In this document: positions 24,214 through 37,911 of the stretch, in pieces
Numbering within the stretch: position 1 is the first letter of the stretch
Layout: each line of letters starts with the position of its first letter
Assembly (NCBI GenBank): GCA_951406725.2
Contig: OX597816.1
Location: forward strand, 14,012,001 to 14,076,000
DNA length: 64,000 nucleotides
Direction of reading: 5' to 3'
DNA from: Octopus vulgaris
Lineage: Eukaryota
Program-made: the position numbers and the translations under genes
Notes under the pieces: generated by a model
What the model was told of the DNA's origin: nothing
Seen by the model: only the letters and a program-made list of their open reading frames with translations
Database searches by the model: none

Positions 24214-24629
24214 GGGGGTGTGTGATTGTGTATAGAAGAATACAGTTTGAAAAACCTAGCAATCTGGAGCCTACACAGTTGTATTTAAGGCACAGATTCA
24301 ATCATCTCGCTACAGTCAAACATTGTGAAGCATGACTGTCACCACTACTACATGAACCTGAAGATTGCAGAATTTAATGCATGAAAGTACTAGTTCAATC
24401 AGAATGAACATTTAACATTCTATTATTTTATTTTATTTTATTATATTATATTATCTTATATCATTATAAGATTGTAAATAAAACGTGAAAATCAGACAAG
24501 GTTGGAATTCCTTTTATTAATATATACATATATATATATATATACACACACATATATATATATATATCAGCATGGGAATAGAGGATGTTAAATGATGATG
24601 CTATGTATATGTGTATATATATATGTATA

Positions 24630-25025
24630 CTCTTTTACTCTTTTACTTGTTTCAGTCCTTTGACTGTGGCCATGTTGGAGCACCGCCTTTAGTCAAGCAA
24701 ATCGACTCCAGGACTTATCTTTGTAAGCCTAGTGCTTAATCTATCAGTCTCTTTTGACGAACTGCTAAGTTACGGGGACGTAAACACACCACCATCGGTG
24801 TATATATATATATATACACACACATGCGTGTGTGTGTATGCATGTGTGTATATGTTTGTGTGTCTGTGTTTGTTCCCCCAAATATATACATACATATATA
24901 CGACGGGCTTCTTTCAGTTTCTGTCTATCAAATCCACTTACAAGGCTTTGGTCGGCTATAGCAGAAGACACTTGCCCAGGGTGCCACGCAGCAGGACTGA
25001 ACCTGGAACCACACAGCCACTCCTA
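24630..25025 (-). mobile_element. SINE-A with small deletions
   Basis: ctcttttactcttttacttgtttcagtc...cacacagccactcct. Confidence 0.85.
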
Positions 25026-25067
25026 GCATGGAAAGAGAATGTAAGTTGACGATATATATATAAACCG

Positions 25068-25415
25068 TGGCACACCATCAGTTACTATGATGAAGGTTCC
25101 AGTTGTTCCGATCAGCCTGCTCATGAAATTAACGTGTGGCTGAGCACTCCACAGGCACGTCTACCCTTAATGTAGTTCTCGGGAAGATTCGGCGTGACAC
25201 AGAGTGTGACAAGGCTGGCCCTTTTTAAATAGAGGTACAACTGAAACAGGAAGAGTGAGAGAAAGTTGTGGTGAAAGAGTACAACAGGGTTCGCCACCCC
25301 CTGCAGAAACCTCGTGGAGCTTTATGGTGTTTTTGCTCACAACACCCAGTCTGGGAATAGAAACTGCAATGTTATGACCATGAGTCTGCTGCCCTAACCA
25401 GTGGGCCACTTGACC
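25068..25415 (-). mobile_element. SINE head D + tail T3
   Basis: gccctaaccagtgggcca head, gaaagttgtggtgaaagagtac D body, acccttaatgtagttctc T3. Confidence 0.8.
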
Positions 25416-25456
25416 TACACAAACACACACACACACACACACATATATATATGAGA

Positions 25457-25685
25457 CCAGCGAGCTAGCAGAATTGTTTTTACACTGGGCAAAATGCTTA
25501 GCAGTATTTAATATGCTGTTACGTTCTGAGTTCAAATTCCGCCAAAGTCAACTTTGCATTTCATCTTTTCGAGGTCAATTTAATAAGTACCAGTTATGCT
25601 CTGGGGATAAATGTAATCAACTTAATCCCTTTGTCTTTGTTTGTCCCCTCTACGCTAAACTCCCTGTGGGCAATAAAGAAATAAA
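25457..25685 (+). mobile_element. SINE-B monomer
   Basis: Consensus-like head and core. Confidence 0.8.
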
Positions 25686-25760
25686 TATGCATATATATAT
25701 ATATGTATTGATGTGTGTGCTTGTGTATGTATATATATATCGATATATATAAACATATAT

Positions 25761-25810
<50 letters not shown>

Positions 25811-25896
25811 TGATGCATGTGTGTATGTATGTGTGTATATACATATATATATATATATATATACACCTATATAATATATTGATGTGTGTGTGTGCT

Positions 25897-25936
<40 letters not shown>

Positions 25937-25980
25937 TTTGACTGCTAATGTATATTGGATTTGTGTGTGAGTGTACATAC

Positions 25981-26030
<50 letters not shown>

Positions 26031-26075
26031 CACTCACACACAAATCCAATATACATTGGCAGTCAAATTTTCAAT
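25686..26075. repeat. (TA)n-rich region with a near-perfect palindrome at 25933-26071
   Basis: ~49-bp arms (1 mismatch) around a (TA)n centre. Confidence 0.9.
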
Positions 26076-26271
26076 GAATATATATTTGATTATGTATATA
26101 GAAAACTTACTGCGTGTATATTAGTCTGCTTTTCGTGACTGAATTTTATTACAAAAATTATGCAGATTGCTTTTGTTTTCGTTAACAATTAGATAAAGAA
26201 GTGATTAAGATGGGTGATGGGGAAAAAAAAGGGCTTTCCATTTTACAGTTTAAATATTCTTCATTGATAGG

Positions 26272-26670
26272 TGAAGGCATGGTAGGAAGGTCACTTGTTA
26301 ACCATGTGGTTTCAGGTTCAGTCCCACAGTCCGACCATGGGGCTTCTTGGGCAAGTGTCTTACTATAGCCCAAGGCTGACTACTGCCTTAAGCGGAAACT
26401 GTGTGGAAGCCCATCATATGTGTGTGTCTGCAAGGATGTATCTTTGTATTTGTCTCTTGACTGCTTAACAATTTGTGTTAGCTTGCTTACTTCTCTCTGA
26501 CATAGCAGTTTGTCAAGAGAGACTGATACAGTACACACCAAACATATATTTTTTCTTTTGAATATTCCCAGGGGTCAATTTGTTTGACTAAACCCTTGAA
26601 GGTAGTGCCCCAGCCTGGCCACAGTCCAGTAAACTGAAGCTAGTAAAATATAAAAAAATAAAAGATTAAG
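26272..26670 (+). mobile_element. SINE-A, diverged
   Basis: ggttcagtcccac, ttgggcaagtgtctt, tail ggccacagtccagtaaactgaa. Confidence 0.7.
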
Positions 26671-27228
26671 AATGTAAGAATGTAAGAACATATATCACAG
26701 CAAATTGGCTGTGTCATTAGAGTGTCAGATAAATCTATAATGGCTCTCTGTGTCCTGAGTTCAATTCATGCCAAGGTCAATTTCTGTTTTTCGTCCTTTC
26801 GGGTTTCATAATTAAAGAACCAGTTACGGATAGTGATTTAGCAGAATTGCTAGACATCAAATGGGATATTTTGCAATATCCATTAGGATGCTGTGCATCC
26901 ATCATCATCATCATCATTGTCATCATCATCATCATCGTCATCATTTAATGTCCATGTTCCCTATAATTGTGATCCCCTTGGCTTTACATAGATTTGTGCC
27001 AAATGAGTGCATTGTGGTCAACGATTGTGTTCAGACATTTATTAGCTGGTGATGCTGTTACTGAGTGCCATCACATGGTCAGAGCTAAGGGCCTTTTTCA
27101 AACGCAATATTTTGAATAAGGCCTGTGTTTGGTATATTTCGTGAACCCAGGTGCCAAAACAAGTTGTCGAGCGATGGTGGGTTGACAAATACCGAGACAT
27201 AAATACACACGCACACACAAGCGCATGT

Positions 27229-27259
<31 letters not shown>

Positions 27260-27310
27260 CATATAATAATAGAAGGAAAAAGAAGGTAAAAGTATAAATA
27301 AAATGTCCAT

Positions 27311-27718
27311 AGGCATAGGAGTGGCTTTGTGGTAAGTAGCTTGCTTACCAACCACATGGTTCCGGGTTCAGTCCCACTGCATGGCACCTTGGGTAAGTGT
27401 CTTCTACTATAGCCTCGAGCCGACCAAAGCCTTGTGAGTGGATTTGATAGATGGAAACTGAAAGAAGCCCATCATATATATGTATATGTGTATATATGTG
27501 TGTGTGTTTGTGTGTCTGTGCTTGTTCTCCCAACGTCGCTTGACAACCGATGCTAGTGTGTTTATGTCTCTGTAACTTAGCGGTTTGGCAAAAGAGACTG
27601 ATAGAATAAGTACTAGGCTTACAAAGAAGAAGTCCTGGGGTCGATTTGCTTGACTAAAGGCGGTGCTCCAGCATGGCCACAGTCAATTGGCTGAAACAAG
27701 TAAAAGAGGAAAAGAGTA
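27311..27718 (+). mobile_element. SINE-A full length
   Basis: Near consensus. Confidence 0.9.
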
Positions 27719-28017
27719 ATGTTCCCTGCTGGCACAATTATGGTTTGACTAAATCTGTCGGGTCTTAAAGATTGCATCATAGCCCAGTGTCTTCTTTGGC
27801 ATGATGCTCTGAACTCAGGTTTGGTGGGATTGAACCTGCAACCATGTAGTTGGAATGCAAGCTTGTAAACCACAGAGTGACAGAATTATATGATAGTGAG
27901 AAATGTCATTAAAATGGTACATGACACAAAGACGCCTTGTAATAACCATTCCACTCGAGTTACACAAACATTCTTTTGTTATGTCACCCTGTACAGCATT
28001 ATTTATTGTCACAAGAA

Positions 28018-28630
28018 AGTTAGCGAGCTGGCAGAAACGTTAGCACACCGGGCAAAATGCGTAGCCGTATTTTGTCTGCCGTTACATTCTGGGTTCAAAT
28101 TCCGCCGAGGTCGACTTTGCTTTTCATCCTTTCGGGGTTGATTAAATAAGTACCAGTTACGCACTGGGGTCGATGTAATTGACTTAATCCATTTGTCTGT
28201 CCTTGTTTGTCCCCTCTGTGTTTAGCACCTTGTAGGTAGTAAAGAAATGGGTATTTCATCTGCTGCAATGTTCGGAGTTCAGATTCTGCAGAGGTCGACT
28301 TTGCCTTTCATCCTTTCGGGGTCGATAAATTAGGCACCAGATATGCACTGGGGTCGATGTAATCAACTTAATCCCTTTGTCTGTCCTTGTTTGTCCCCTC
28401 TATGTTTAGCCCCTTGTGGGCAATAAAGAAATAAGAAACGTTAGCATGCTGGACAAAATGCTTAGCAGTATTTTGCCTGTTGCTATGTTCTGAGTTCAAA
28501 TTCAGCTGGGGTTGACTTGGCCTTTCATCCTTTCGGGGTGATAAATGAAGTACCAGTTGTGTACAGGGGTTGATATAATTGACTTCCCCTCCCCCAAAAT
28601 TTCAGGCCTTGTGCCTATAGGAGAAAGGAC
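28018..28630 (+). mobile_element. SINE-B trimer with TSD
   Basis: Three units; tattt(a/g)ttgtcacaaga on both sides. Confidence 0.9.
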
Positions 28631-28684
28631 TATTTGTTGTCACAAGACTGAATACTTACATCTATAATGATCTATGATGAAACA

Positions 28685-29025
28685 GAAGCACTGTGTGGTA
28701 AGAAGTTTTCCTCACAACCTCATGGTTCTGGGTTCAATTCCATGGTGTGTCACACCCAGGGCAAATGTTTTCTGTAATAGCTCTGGGCCAACCAAAGCCT
28801 TGCAAGTGGATTCAGTAGACGGAAACTGAAAGAAGCACATCCTCCCAGCATCGCTTGACAACCAATGCTGGTGTGTTTACATCCCCATAACTTAGCGGTT
28901 TGGAAAAAGTGACCGATAGAATAAGTACTAAGCTTACAAAGAATAAGTCCTGGGGTCAATTTGCTCGACTAAAGGCGGTGCTCCAGCATGGCTGCAGTCA
29001 AATGACTGAAACAATTAAAAGAGTA
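28685..29025 (+). mobile_element. SINE-A lacking the central microsatellite
   Basis: Head joins the 3' half directly after gaaagaagc. Confidence 0.85.
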
Positions 29026-29481
29026 ACCAGAAGGAATGCTGCTAAGCATTTTGTCTGATATTTCATTTCATTTCATTTCATTTGGGTTTGAGTCCATGCT
29101 CAGGCCAAGTCGAAGACTCCACCCTCAGAGTCTGGTGTGGTTGCCAGATTGTATTCTCTGCTTAATTTTGACATGTGTAGGAGCGAGTTTGAGTCAGTTT
29201 GTGCTCGTTGTGTATATCCTGGGAGATGGGGTTCATCTCTAATGGTGCTTAAAAAGAGTAACCAGAAGGAATGCTGCTAAGCATTTTGTCTGATATTTCA
29301 TTTCATTTCATTTCATTTGGGTTTGAGTCCATGCTCAGGCCAAGTCGAAGACTCCACCCTCAGAGTCTGGTGTGGTTGCCAGGTTGTATTCTCTGCTTAA
29401 TTTTGACATGTGTAGGAGCGAGTTTGAGTCAGTTTGTGCTCGTTGTGTATATCCTGGGAGATGGGGTTCATCTCTAATGGT
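29017..29481. repeat. 235-bp tandem duplication containing a CR1-like LINE 3' end (minus strand)
   Basis: 29017-29246 vs 29252-29481 differ at one base; minus strand reads IRDEPHLPGYTQRAQTDSNSLLHM, then a (GAAAT)n tail. Confidence 0.85.
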
Positions 29482-30207
29482 AATAATTTTGCCAGCTCTT
29501 CACCTCATCTTATACTTTTCCACTTTTTAATATTGCTAGGAAACATTGATTAAAATAATCCTAGATACACCATATCCTAAAATAAATAAATAAATAAAGG
29601 ACAGGATAGTCACAACTTGAACACCTTTGACCATTAGTGAGGTCAAAGAATGACCTCAATCTAAACAGCAATAAAAATCCATCTTGGTTCACCAAGATAT
29701 TGACAATAAACTATTGTATATAATTAGGAAATGCCAGCTGAGATAGATTAATGTCCCGTCCCAGGAGACAGATACCATTAATTTTATTGGTGCCAATAAG
29801 AACCTAAATCAGAGCAACTACCAGAAGTTAGACATACTTTTCTGTTAATATACTGGCATGAAAAAAAAATGGACGGAAAACAGCAAAAAGCAAAATAATA
29901 AAAGAAAAAGACTTTTAAATTGCTTTGGTCTACATTTTTATCTCAGTTTGATAAATATGAACAAATCACGCAACAGGATGTCATGTGTATTGTAATGGAA
30001 GTGATTCCCAGTTACATAAATGTTCTATGTCCCATTTAGATAAAAGTATAAATTAGTTCAAATCGGTTCCTACAGTGCTAAGGCGAAATATATTTAGACT
30101 ATACACTTAGAGCATCGTAGAAACAAAATAAATCATAGCAGTTTCTCATTTTCTTTTTATTCTCTTAGTTTGACCTTTGCACATTAAAGTAGTACTGTTC
30201 TCATATA

Positions 30208-30250
<43 letters not shown>

Positions 30251-30400
30251 ATCATCATCGTCATGACACCTACTTTTCCATACATGCATGGATTGTAATA
30301 AATTTATTGAGACAGATTTTTTACATCCAGATGCTCTTCCTGCTAGCAACCCTTATCTGTTTCCTAGCAAGATAATATTTCTCCACTGCTATATATATAT

Positions 30401-30706
30401 CATCATCATCATCATCGTTTAACGTCCGCTTTCCATGCTAGCATGGGTTGGACGGTTCGACCGGAGTCTGGGAAGCCAGGGCTTCACCAGGCTCCAGTCT
30501 GATCTGGCAGTGTTTCTACAGCTGGATGCCCTTCCTAACGCCAACCACTCCGTGAGTGTAGTGGGTGCTTTTTACGTACCACCTGCACAGGTGCCAGGGG
30601 GGGTCTGGCATCGGCCACGATTGGTTGGTGCCTTTAACGTGCCACCGGCATGGAAGCCAGCCAGGGCGGCGCTGGCATCGGCCACATTCAGATGGTGCTT
30701 TTTATG
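30401..30706 (-). mobile_element. RTE 3' UTR fragment (young, CpG-rich)
   Basis: (cat)n-cgtttaacgtccgctttccatgctagcatgggttggacgg. Confidence 0.9.
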
Positions 30707-31596
30707 TAATAATAATTATAATCCCTAATTAAAACACTAGATGATGAGCGATTGCGAAATAATTTTTTTCAGAATAGTGGTTCTCAAAGTGCATAGACAG
30801 ATATAAATAATAGCTGGTCAAACACAGCCCATGACTGTTCTATCCAAAAGGCTTTTTCAACCCAATAATTATATGATATTATTTATAGCATTATGTGCTT
30901 CAAGATTCACTGTTCCAAAAATCAATTATTTCATATTCTCTCAAAAGTTTATAAATTGACCAGTTTAAGGGTCAATAGTTTGTGATTGTGTCCTTTGTAA
31001 ATATACTTTACTCTCTATGACCCAATGTGGACAACAGTAAATTGTGGTCTGTATCTTGGACATAGCAGTTTCCATTGTAGCCTGTAAGGTTGCCAAAGGA
31101 AAACTGAGCATTTTTGTTATGAATAAAACATTCTGAGTGGGAAAACCTCTGATGTAGAGAATAAGCTACGCAAGATGAGGCAGGTAGTTTTTTCTTGGAG
31201 TTATTTGTGTCAAAACCCTGTTGCTACGTAAGATGGAGGGATGCCTCTGATTAAGAAATGTCACGTAGTCGATTCTGTTTATCACTCATTAACGAGATAA
31301 AGGAATTACTAATTGATTGACTCACAAGGCCAACTAACAACACTGCTGCTACTTACAGCAGTTTCTGTAAATACCTTAATGATGAGAGATGTATGGAACA
31401 CACACACACACACACACACAAACTGATGCTAATTGCTCAAAGATGCCATCGACCCCAAACACAAACAATTAACGAAGTATACAGATATTTTATTCAGAGC
31501 CTCAAAAATCTAATAATAATTACCAACGTGATGAAGCAGGGTGAGCATTTTTAGCTCATTGCTTAATATTTACGCAGTAGTTTCCAGCAGCCTTAA

Positions 31597-31754
<158 letters not shown>

Positions 31755-31755
<1 letters not shown>

Positions 31756-32086
31756 AGTTCAGCAAAATTTAGATTCAGATGAATATGGTACTTAAGTTAA
31801 AGGCACCAGAATTTTGTATGGTATTATCCATATAAATCAAATGGGGTGATTATAATCAAAATAAGCAACAAGGATATCCAAGGTAGAGTAGTACAATTGT
31901 TTTGTGCTACTTCATTTATTAAACACTGTAAGTATTACATCAGTTTTAAAATGTAGAGCAATCTTCTATATGTGGCTGAAGATTGCTCAACATTTTAAAA
32001 CTGATGTAATACTTACAGTGTTTAATAAAATGAAGTAGCATGAAACAATTGTACTACACTACCTTGGATATCTTTGTTGCTTATTT

Positions 32087-32090
<4 letters not shown>
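31755..32090. mobile_element. Fold-back (Penelope-like) element between (TA)n tracts
   Basis: ~112-bp arms 31855-31966 / 31978-32090; related fragment at 37031-37090. Confidence 0.65.
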
Positions 32091-32137
<47 letters not shown>

Positions 32138-32997
32138 AGGTATGACTGTTTTGCTTCACAACCATATGGTCGTGGGTTCAGTCCTGCTGCAAGGCAGCTT
32201 GGGGAAGATTATTTTACCATAGCCTTGAGCCAGCCAAAGCCTTGTGATAGAATTTGGTTGACAGAAAATTTGTGGAAGCTCATTGTGTATGTGTGTGTGT
32301 GCATGCATATTTTTGAGTTTGTGCATCACCCTGCTAGATAACCAGTGTTGTTTTGTTTACATCCCCATAACTTAGTGGTTTGGTCAAAAGAAACTGAGAG
32401 AAGTGCCAGACTTGAAATAAGTATAGGGGTTGATTTGTTCATGTTAAACTTCCTAGGTTGTCACATTCTGTGTCACGCTGAATCTCATTGAGGCTTACAT
32501 TAAGAGTGCATATGTCTGTGGAATTCTCAGCTACTTTGCTCATACTTAACTGTCACTTTCCACAAGGATGGTGTCTCTAAGCAATAATTAACCTCAGAGT
32601 TTTTTTTTTTTACTATTTTTTCTATAATATTCTATACTTCACTAACTTTGCAAAGTATTGTAAAGTCTGCACTTCTTTACAACTCTGTTACTCACAGAAA
32701 TGGTTGGAATGAAACAAATCAATGAGTTATGTTCCCCACTTCTTACTACATTCGTATTTTTCATTAGATTTCTGAACAGTGTAATGGGCAAGCCATTTGA
32801 AAAACATGCATTAAGCATGTGACATTGTAATTGCTTTTATAATTTGTTCCAGAACAATCCTGGGAAGCTCCATTATCACCAGCATATAAATGGATGCCCC
32901 TTTGATTTGAAACCAAGTGAAAAGTGCCAACACACGAAACTCTTAGACCTTGAGTCACTCTGTAGCTTCTGCCAACTGTCAATAATTGTGTGTGTGT

Positions 32998-33490
32998 AAG
33001 GCGGTGAGCTGGCGGAAATGTTAGCACACCGGGCGAAATGCTTAACAGTGTTTTGTCTGTCTTTATGTTCTGAGTTCAAATTGCACTGAGGTCAACTTTG
33101 TCTTTCATTCTTTCAGGGTCGATAAATTAAGTACCTGTTGTGTACTGAGGTCGATCTAATCGACTGACCCCCTCCCTCAAAATTTCGGGCCTTGTACCTA
33201 GAATAGAAAAAGATATTTGGCAGCGAGCTGGCAGAAACGTTAGCACACCGGGTGAAATGCTTAGCAGTGTTTCAGCCGTCTTTACGTTCTGAGTTCAAAT
33301 TCCACTGAGGTCAACTTTGTCTTTCATTCTTTCAGGGTTGATAAATTAAGTACTGGTTGCGTAATGGGATCAATCTAATCGACTGGCCCCTTCCCCAAAA
33401 TTTCAGGCCTTGGGCCTAGAGTAGAAAAGAATATTTGGCAGCAAGCTGGCAGAAACGTTAGCACACCAGGCAAAATGCTTAGAGGGTACT
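32998..33490 (+). mobile_element. SINE-B head-to-tail array (2 units plus a head)
   Basis: Units joined by agaaaa(a)ga(a)tatttggcagc. Confidence 0.85.
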
Positions 33491-34109
33491 TGTCAAACCC
33501 TCCAACCGATGCCAGCATGGAAAATAAACTTTAAATAATGATAATGATAATGATTTATTTGTGATAGTATGGTTTTCTATCTGGACAGATTATCATTCAA
33601 ACCCATGTCTTAAATATTCTTTCTATCAAGTGTTGACATTGGATTTCCTGAGAAGAATTCTACTCATTTCAAGACTTAGTATTAGATAAATCTGATCTTG
33701 AAAGGTTAATGAACAGATTTTACCTATTCTACTAGTGCTAGAAAAGCCATAAAATAAAAATTAAATAAACAGGGTGTGGGGAAAATTCTTTGATTTTTCA
33801 GCCTAGCAAGTGTTAAGTTATTTTCGTTTATTGTTTTTTTTAAATTTCACATAATGCAAACAGTGGCGCTGTTTATAATACTGAGAATAATTTTCAATAT
33901 AGACGGCTCCGGTATATTCATGTTTCTGCAAGTGAATGCTTAGTTTATGCTTTTGAAAATCTTCGTGACTTCTTCAACTGTTCTACAATTTCAGTATAAA
34001 CAGTTAAGTTGGTTTGTTTGTTAAGTTTAGTCTTTCAGCCTGGCGCTGCATGCTGATATAAATGTTACCAGACTATGCTACTCCATGTGAGAGAGTGGGG
34101 TGGAGAGGC

Positions 34110-34215
34110 AGCAGCTGGAGGGAGAGGAAGAGATAGAGAGGCTGGAGGGAGAAGGAGAGGCTGGAAGGAGAGGAAGAGGCTGGAGGAAGAGGAAGAGATA
34201 GACTGGAGAGAGAAT
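34110..34215 (+). repeat. Purine-rich minisatellite (about 5 units beginning ctgga)
   Basis: gctggagggagaggaagag variants. Confidence 0.7.
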
Positions 34216-34595
34216 TCGGTAATGAGTAAAAGCAATCTAACCATCTTGCATCATACGCTACGTGTTGTCTTTCCAGATGATCATGCTGTTGCAATCGCTG
34301 TTGCTGCTTGCATAAGCTACACTTTATTGCACTTTTTGTTGCAGGCAGTTCGTTTATTTTTTTATTTTTATTTATTTTTTTGTGTTTTTTTTGTTTTTTT
34401 TTGTTTTACTACTGCACAAATACAAAAGCAACAGCGACAGCTAAAAATATGATCGTGGACAACATTCAGTTCAGCTGCCGTAGGTAGCTAGTAACGTTTG
34501 TATAACTCATAGCAAACGCGAGGGTAGAACAATCTCAGAACACATCACAGTCACCCTGTCAAAAGAAAACAAAACAAAACAAAAAAAATATATAC

Positions 34596-34755
34596 AGGCG
34601 CAGGAGTGGCTGTGTGGTAAGTAGCTTGTTTACCAACCACATGGTTCCGGGTTCAGTCCCACTGCGTGGCACCTTGGGCAAGTGTCTTTTGCTATAGCCT
34701 CGGGCCGACCAAAGCCTTGTGAGTGGATTTTGGAAACTGAAAGAAGCCCGTCGTA

Positions 34756-34803
<48 letters not shown>

Positions 34804-35030
34804 TGTGTGTGTGTTTGTGTGAGTGTGTTTTGTCCCCCTAGCATTGCTTGACAACCGGTGCTGGTGTGTTTATGTCCCCGTTAATTAGCTGTTCGGCAAA
34901 AGAGACTGACAGAATAAGTACTGGGCTTACAAAAAGAATAAGTCCCGGGGACGAGTTGCTCGATTTAAAAAAAAAAAAAAAAAGGCAGTGCTCCAGCATG
35001 GCCGCAGTCAAAGTAAAAGAGTAAAGAGTA
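34596..35030 (+). mobile_element. SINE-A full length, young
   Basis: Near consensus, CpGs retained; tatacag on both sides. Confidence 0.9.
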
Positions 35031-35710
35031 TACAGAACGGTAGAACAAACAGCAAAAAGAAACAAAAAAAAGAAACTAAAGGTAGTTTGGCATTAAGTTA
35101 ACTGTCTGACATCTAATTTAGTTTGACTGTGTACTGACAACATTTCCTTAATAGTGGAGTGGAGTTGAGTGTTCGTATCTAATAATGACCGTTTTTAAAA
35201 AAATCTTCCACCGAATAACTTAACCTCACCTGAGCTATTTTACTACTGAAGTCTGTTGGCAGGTGTTCAGGTGGAAGACCTTACCTGAGCTATGCTAGAA
35301 AGTAGTAATTTATCGAAGGGAAAAATAAAACAACAGTAAAAAGAATAATGTGGATAAAACAAAAGAAATATAATAAAAGAAGCTAAAGAAAGTAAAAAAA
35401 AAAAAATGATAGAAAATGAAAAAAAAAAAAAGCAAAACTAATTAAAATGTTTCTGTGGTTCCGTGGTGTAATTTTGGTTACTGCTTATGCGGAGATCTTG
35501 GTATAAAGGACTTTTGTTTAGTGTGGAATTGGAAATGTGATTGAAGTAGGTCACTGTTAATATTACCACTATCACCAACACACCACCACTACTACTACCA
35601 CCAATACTACCACTCTATCACTATCTTTATCGGCATCATTGTTTTTTTATCAGTTTTATCTGTTACAGTGAAGTTTTGTATTTATATCTTGGATAAAATA
35701 TTTCATGTGC

Positions 35711-36333
35711 AAGGTGGCAAGCTGGCAGAATTGTTAGCATGCCTGGTGAAATGCATAGTGGTATTTCGTCTGCCGTTACGTTCTGAGTTCAAATTCCACC
35801 GAGGTCAACTTTACCTTTCATCCTTTCGGGGTCGATTAAATAAGTACCGGTTATGCACTGGGGTCAATGTAATCGACTTAATCCCTTTGTCTGTCCTTGA
35901 TTTTCCTCTCTGTTTAGCCCCTTGTGGGTAGTAAAGAAATAGGTATTTCGTCTCCCGTTATGTTCTGAGTTCAAATTCCGCCAAGGTCATCTTTGCCTTT
36001 CATCGTTTCAAGGTCAATATATTAAGTACTAGTTACATACTGGCGTCAATCTAATCAATTGGTTTTCACTGTCCCCAAAAATTTAGAGCCTTGTGCCCAG
36101 AGCAGAAAAGATTATTTAAGGTGGTGAGCTGGCAGAAATGTTAGCACCCCAGGTGAAATGCTTAGCAGTATTTCATCTGTCTTTACATTATGAGTTCAAA
36201 TTCTGCCTAGGTCAACTTTGCCATTCATCCTTTCAGGGTCAATAAATCAAGTACCAGTTGCATACTGAGGTCGATCTAATCGACTGACCCCCTCCCCCAA
36301 AATTTCTGGCCTTGTGCTTAGAGTAAAAAAGAA
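35711..36333 (+). mobile_element. SINE-B trimer
   Basis: Three core copies; atatt(t)tcatg flanks. Confidence 0.85.
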
Positions 36334-36421
36334 TATATTTCATGCACATAAGTGTAAGTACTCAGAATATAAGAATACACACACACACATACATATATAC
36401 ACATATACTCACATATGTATA

Positions 36422-36638
36422 TGAGGGGGTGATGGAAAGTTCCTGGTTTTAAGGATATTGTGAAAGGCCTGGTTGGAAGCTCAACTTTTTGAGTTCTTTT
36501 ACAGGACTTAGAAAAACTGAAGGACCACTGTAATAAGCATGTGAATCTGAGAGGGGAACATGTCGAATAAAATTATAATTAACTGATCCTCCTATGTTTT
36601 CTTGTATTCAAAACCAGGAATTTCTCAGCATCCCCTCA
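36422..36638 (+). mobile_element. Mariner-derived MITE
   Basis: TA flanks; TIRs tgagggggtgatggaaagttcctggtttt / aaaaccaggaatttctcagcatcccctca; internal LEKLKDHCNKHVNLRGEHVE* resembles a mariner transposase C-terminus. Confidence 0.85.
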
Positions 36639-37383
36639 TATATGTCAATCATCATTGTTGTCATCATCTTCATCGTCCATCATTCTAACATTAATTTTCC
36701 CATGCTTACTTGAATCAGACAGAATTTGCTGCCAATCCTGGCCAGTTTCCATGCAGGAAACATGAGGATTATTCTTCATGGCTTGATATCATTATTACCA
36801 TCATCATCATCATCATCTAATGTCAGTTTTCCATGTTGGCATGGGTTGAACAGTTCAACAAGCCAGAAGACTGTACATCACCAGTGTCTGCATTTGTATG
36901 GTTTCTATTGCTGGATGCCATTCCTGTCGTCAACTGTTTTACAGAGTGAACTAAATGCTTTTCATGTTGTACTGGCACCAGTGAAGTTACCAGATAATTC
37001 ACAAGACCCCTGTACTTTTTATATGGCACCAGCATGAAACGATCATACTGCATTACCCCTGGATATCCTTGTTGTTTATTTTGATTATATATGTGTGTGT
37101 GTGGAGGTGCAATGGCCCAGTGGTTTAGGCAGCAGATTCGTGGTCGTAGGATCGCGGTTTCAATTTCCAGACCAGGCGTTGCAAGTGTTTATTGAGCGAA
37201 AACATCTAAAGCCTTTCAGTTTCCTTCTACCAAATTCACTCACAAGGCTTTGGTTGGCCCGAGGTTATAGTAGAAGACACTTACCCAAGGTGCCATGCAG
37301 TGGGACTGGCCCCAGAACCATGTGGTTCATAAGCAAGCTACTGGCCACACAGCCACTCCTACGCCTATATACATATATATATG

Positions 37384-37427
<44 letters not shown>

Positions 37428-37428
<1 letters not shown>

Positions 37429-37766
37429 GAGACCCCATTTGGTCATGAATGACCATGGGATTGCACTTAGAAAGTTACCCTCTGAGGTACAAGTCCAGGC
37501 AAGGTTGTTTATAGAAGACCAGCAGTCACCCATTCATACCAGCCTTCCCTCTCCACACCACTGATGTTGTCCAAGGGAAAGGCAAAGAGGCTGATACAGC
37601 TTGGTACCAGTGATGTCACAACTCATTTCTACAGCTGAGTTAACTGGAGCAACGTGAAATAAAGTGTCTTGCTCAAGAACACAACACACAGCCAATTCTG
37701 GGAATCAAACTCACATCCTCACGATCATAAGCTTGACACTCTAACCACTGAGCCATGCACCTTCAC
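37428..37766 (-). mobile_element. SINE head E + tail T2
   Basis: Reverse complement of 61268-61601. Confidence 0.85.
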
Positions 37767-37863
37767 ATGCACACACACACACATATACATACATACCCAT
37801 TCATATACAATAACTTTCAGTAGCACACACACAGACACACACACACAACATCCATTTTCAAGG

Positions 37864-37911
<48 letters not shown>

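Noticed and set aside
34075-34452. 125-aa ORF
   Set aside because: Made of a GA-rich minisatellite and T-runs, with no recognisable domain
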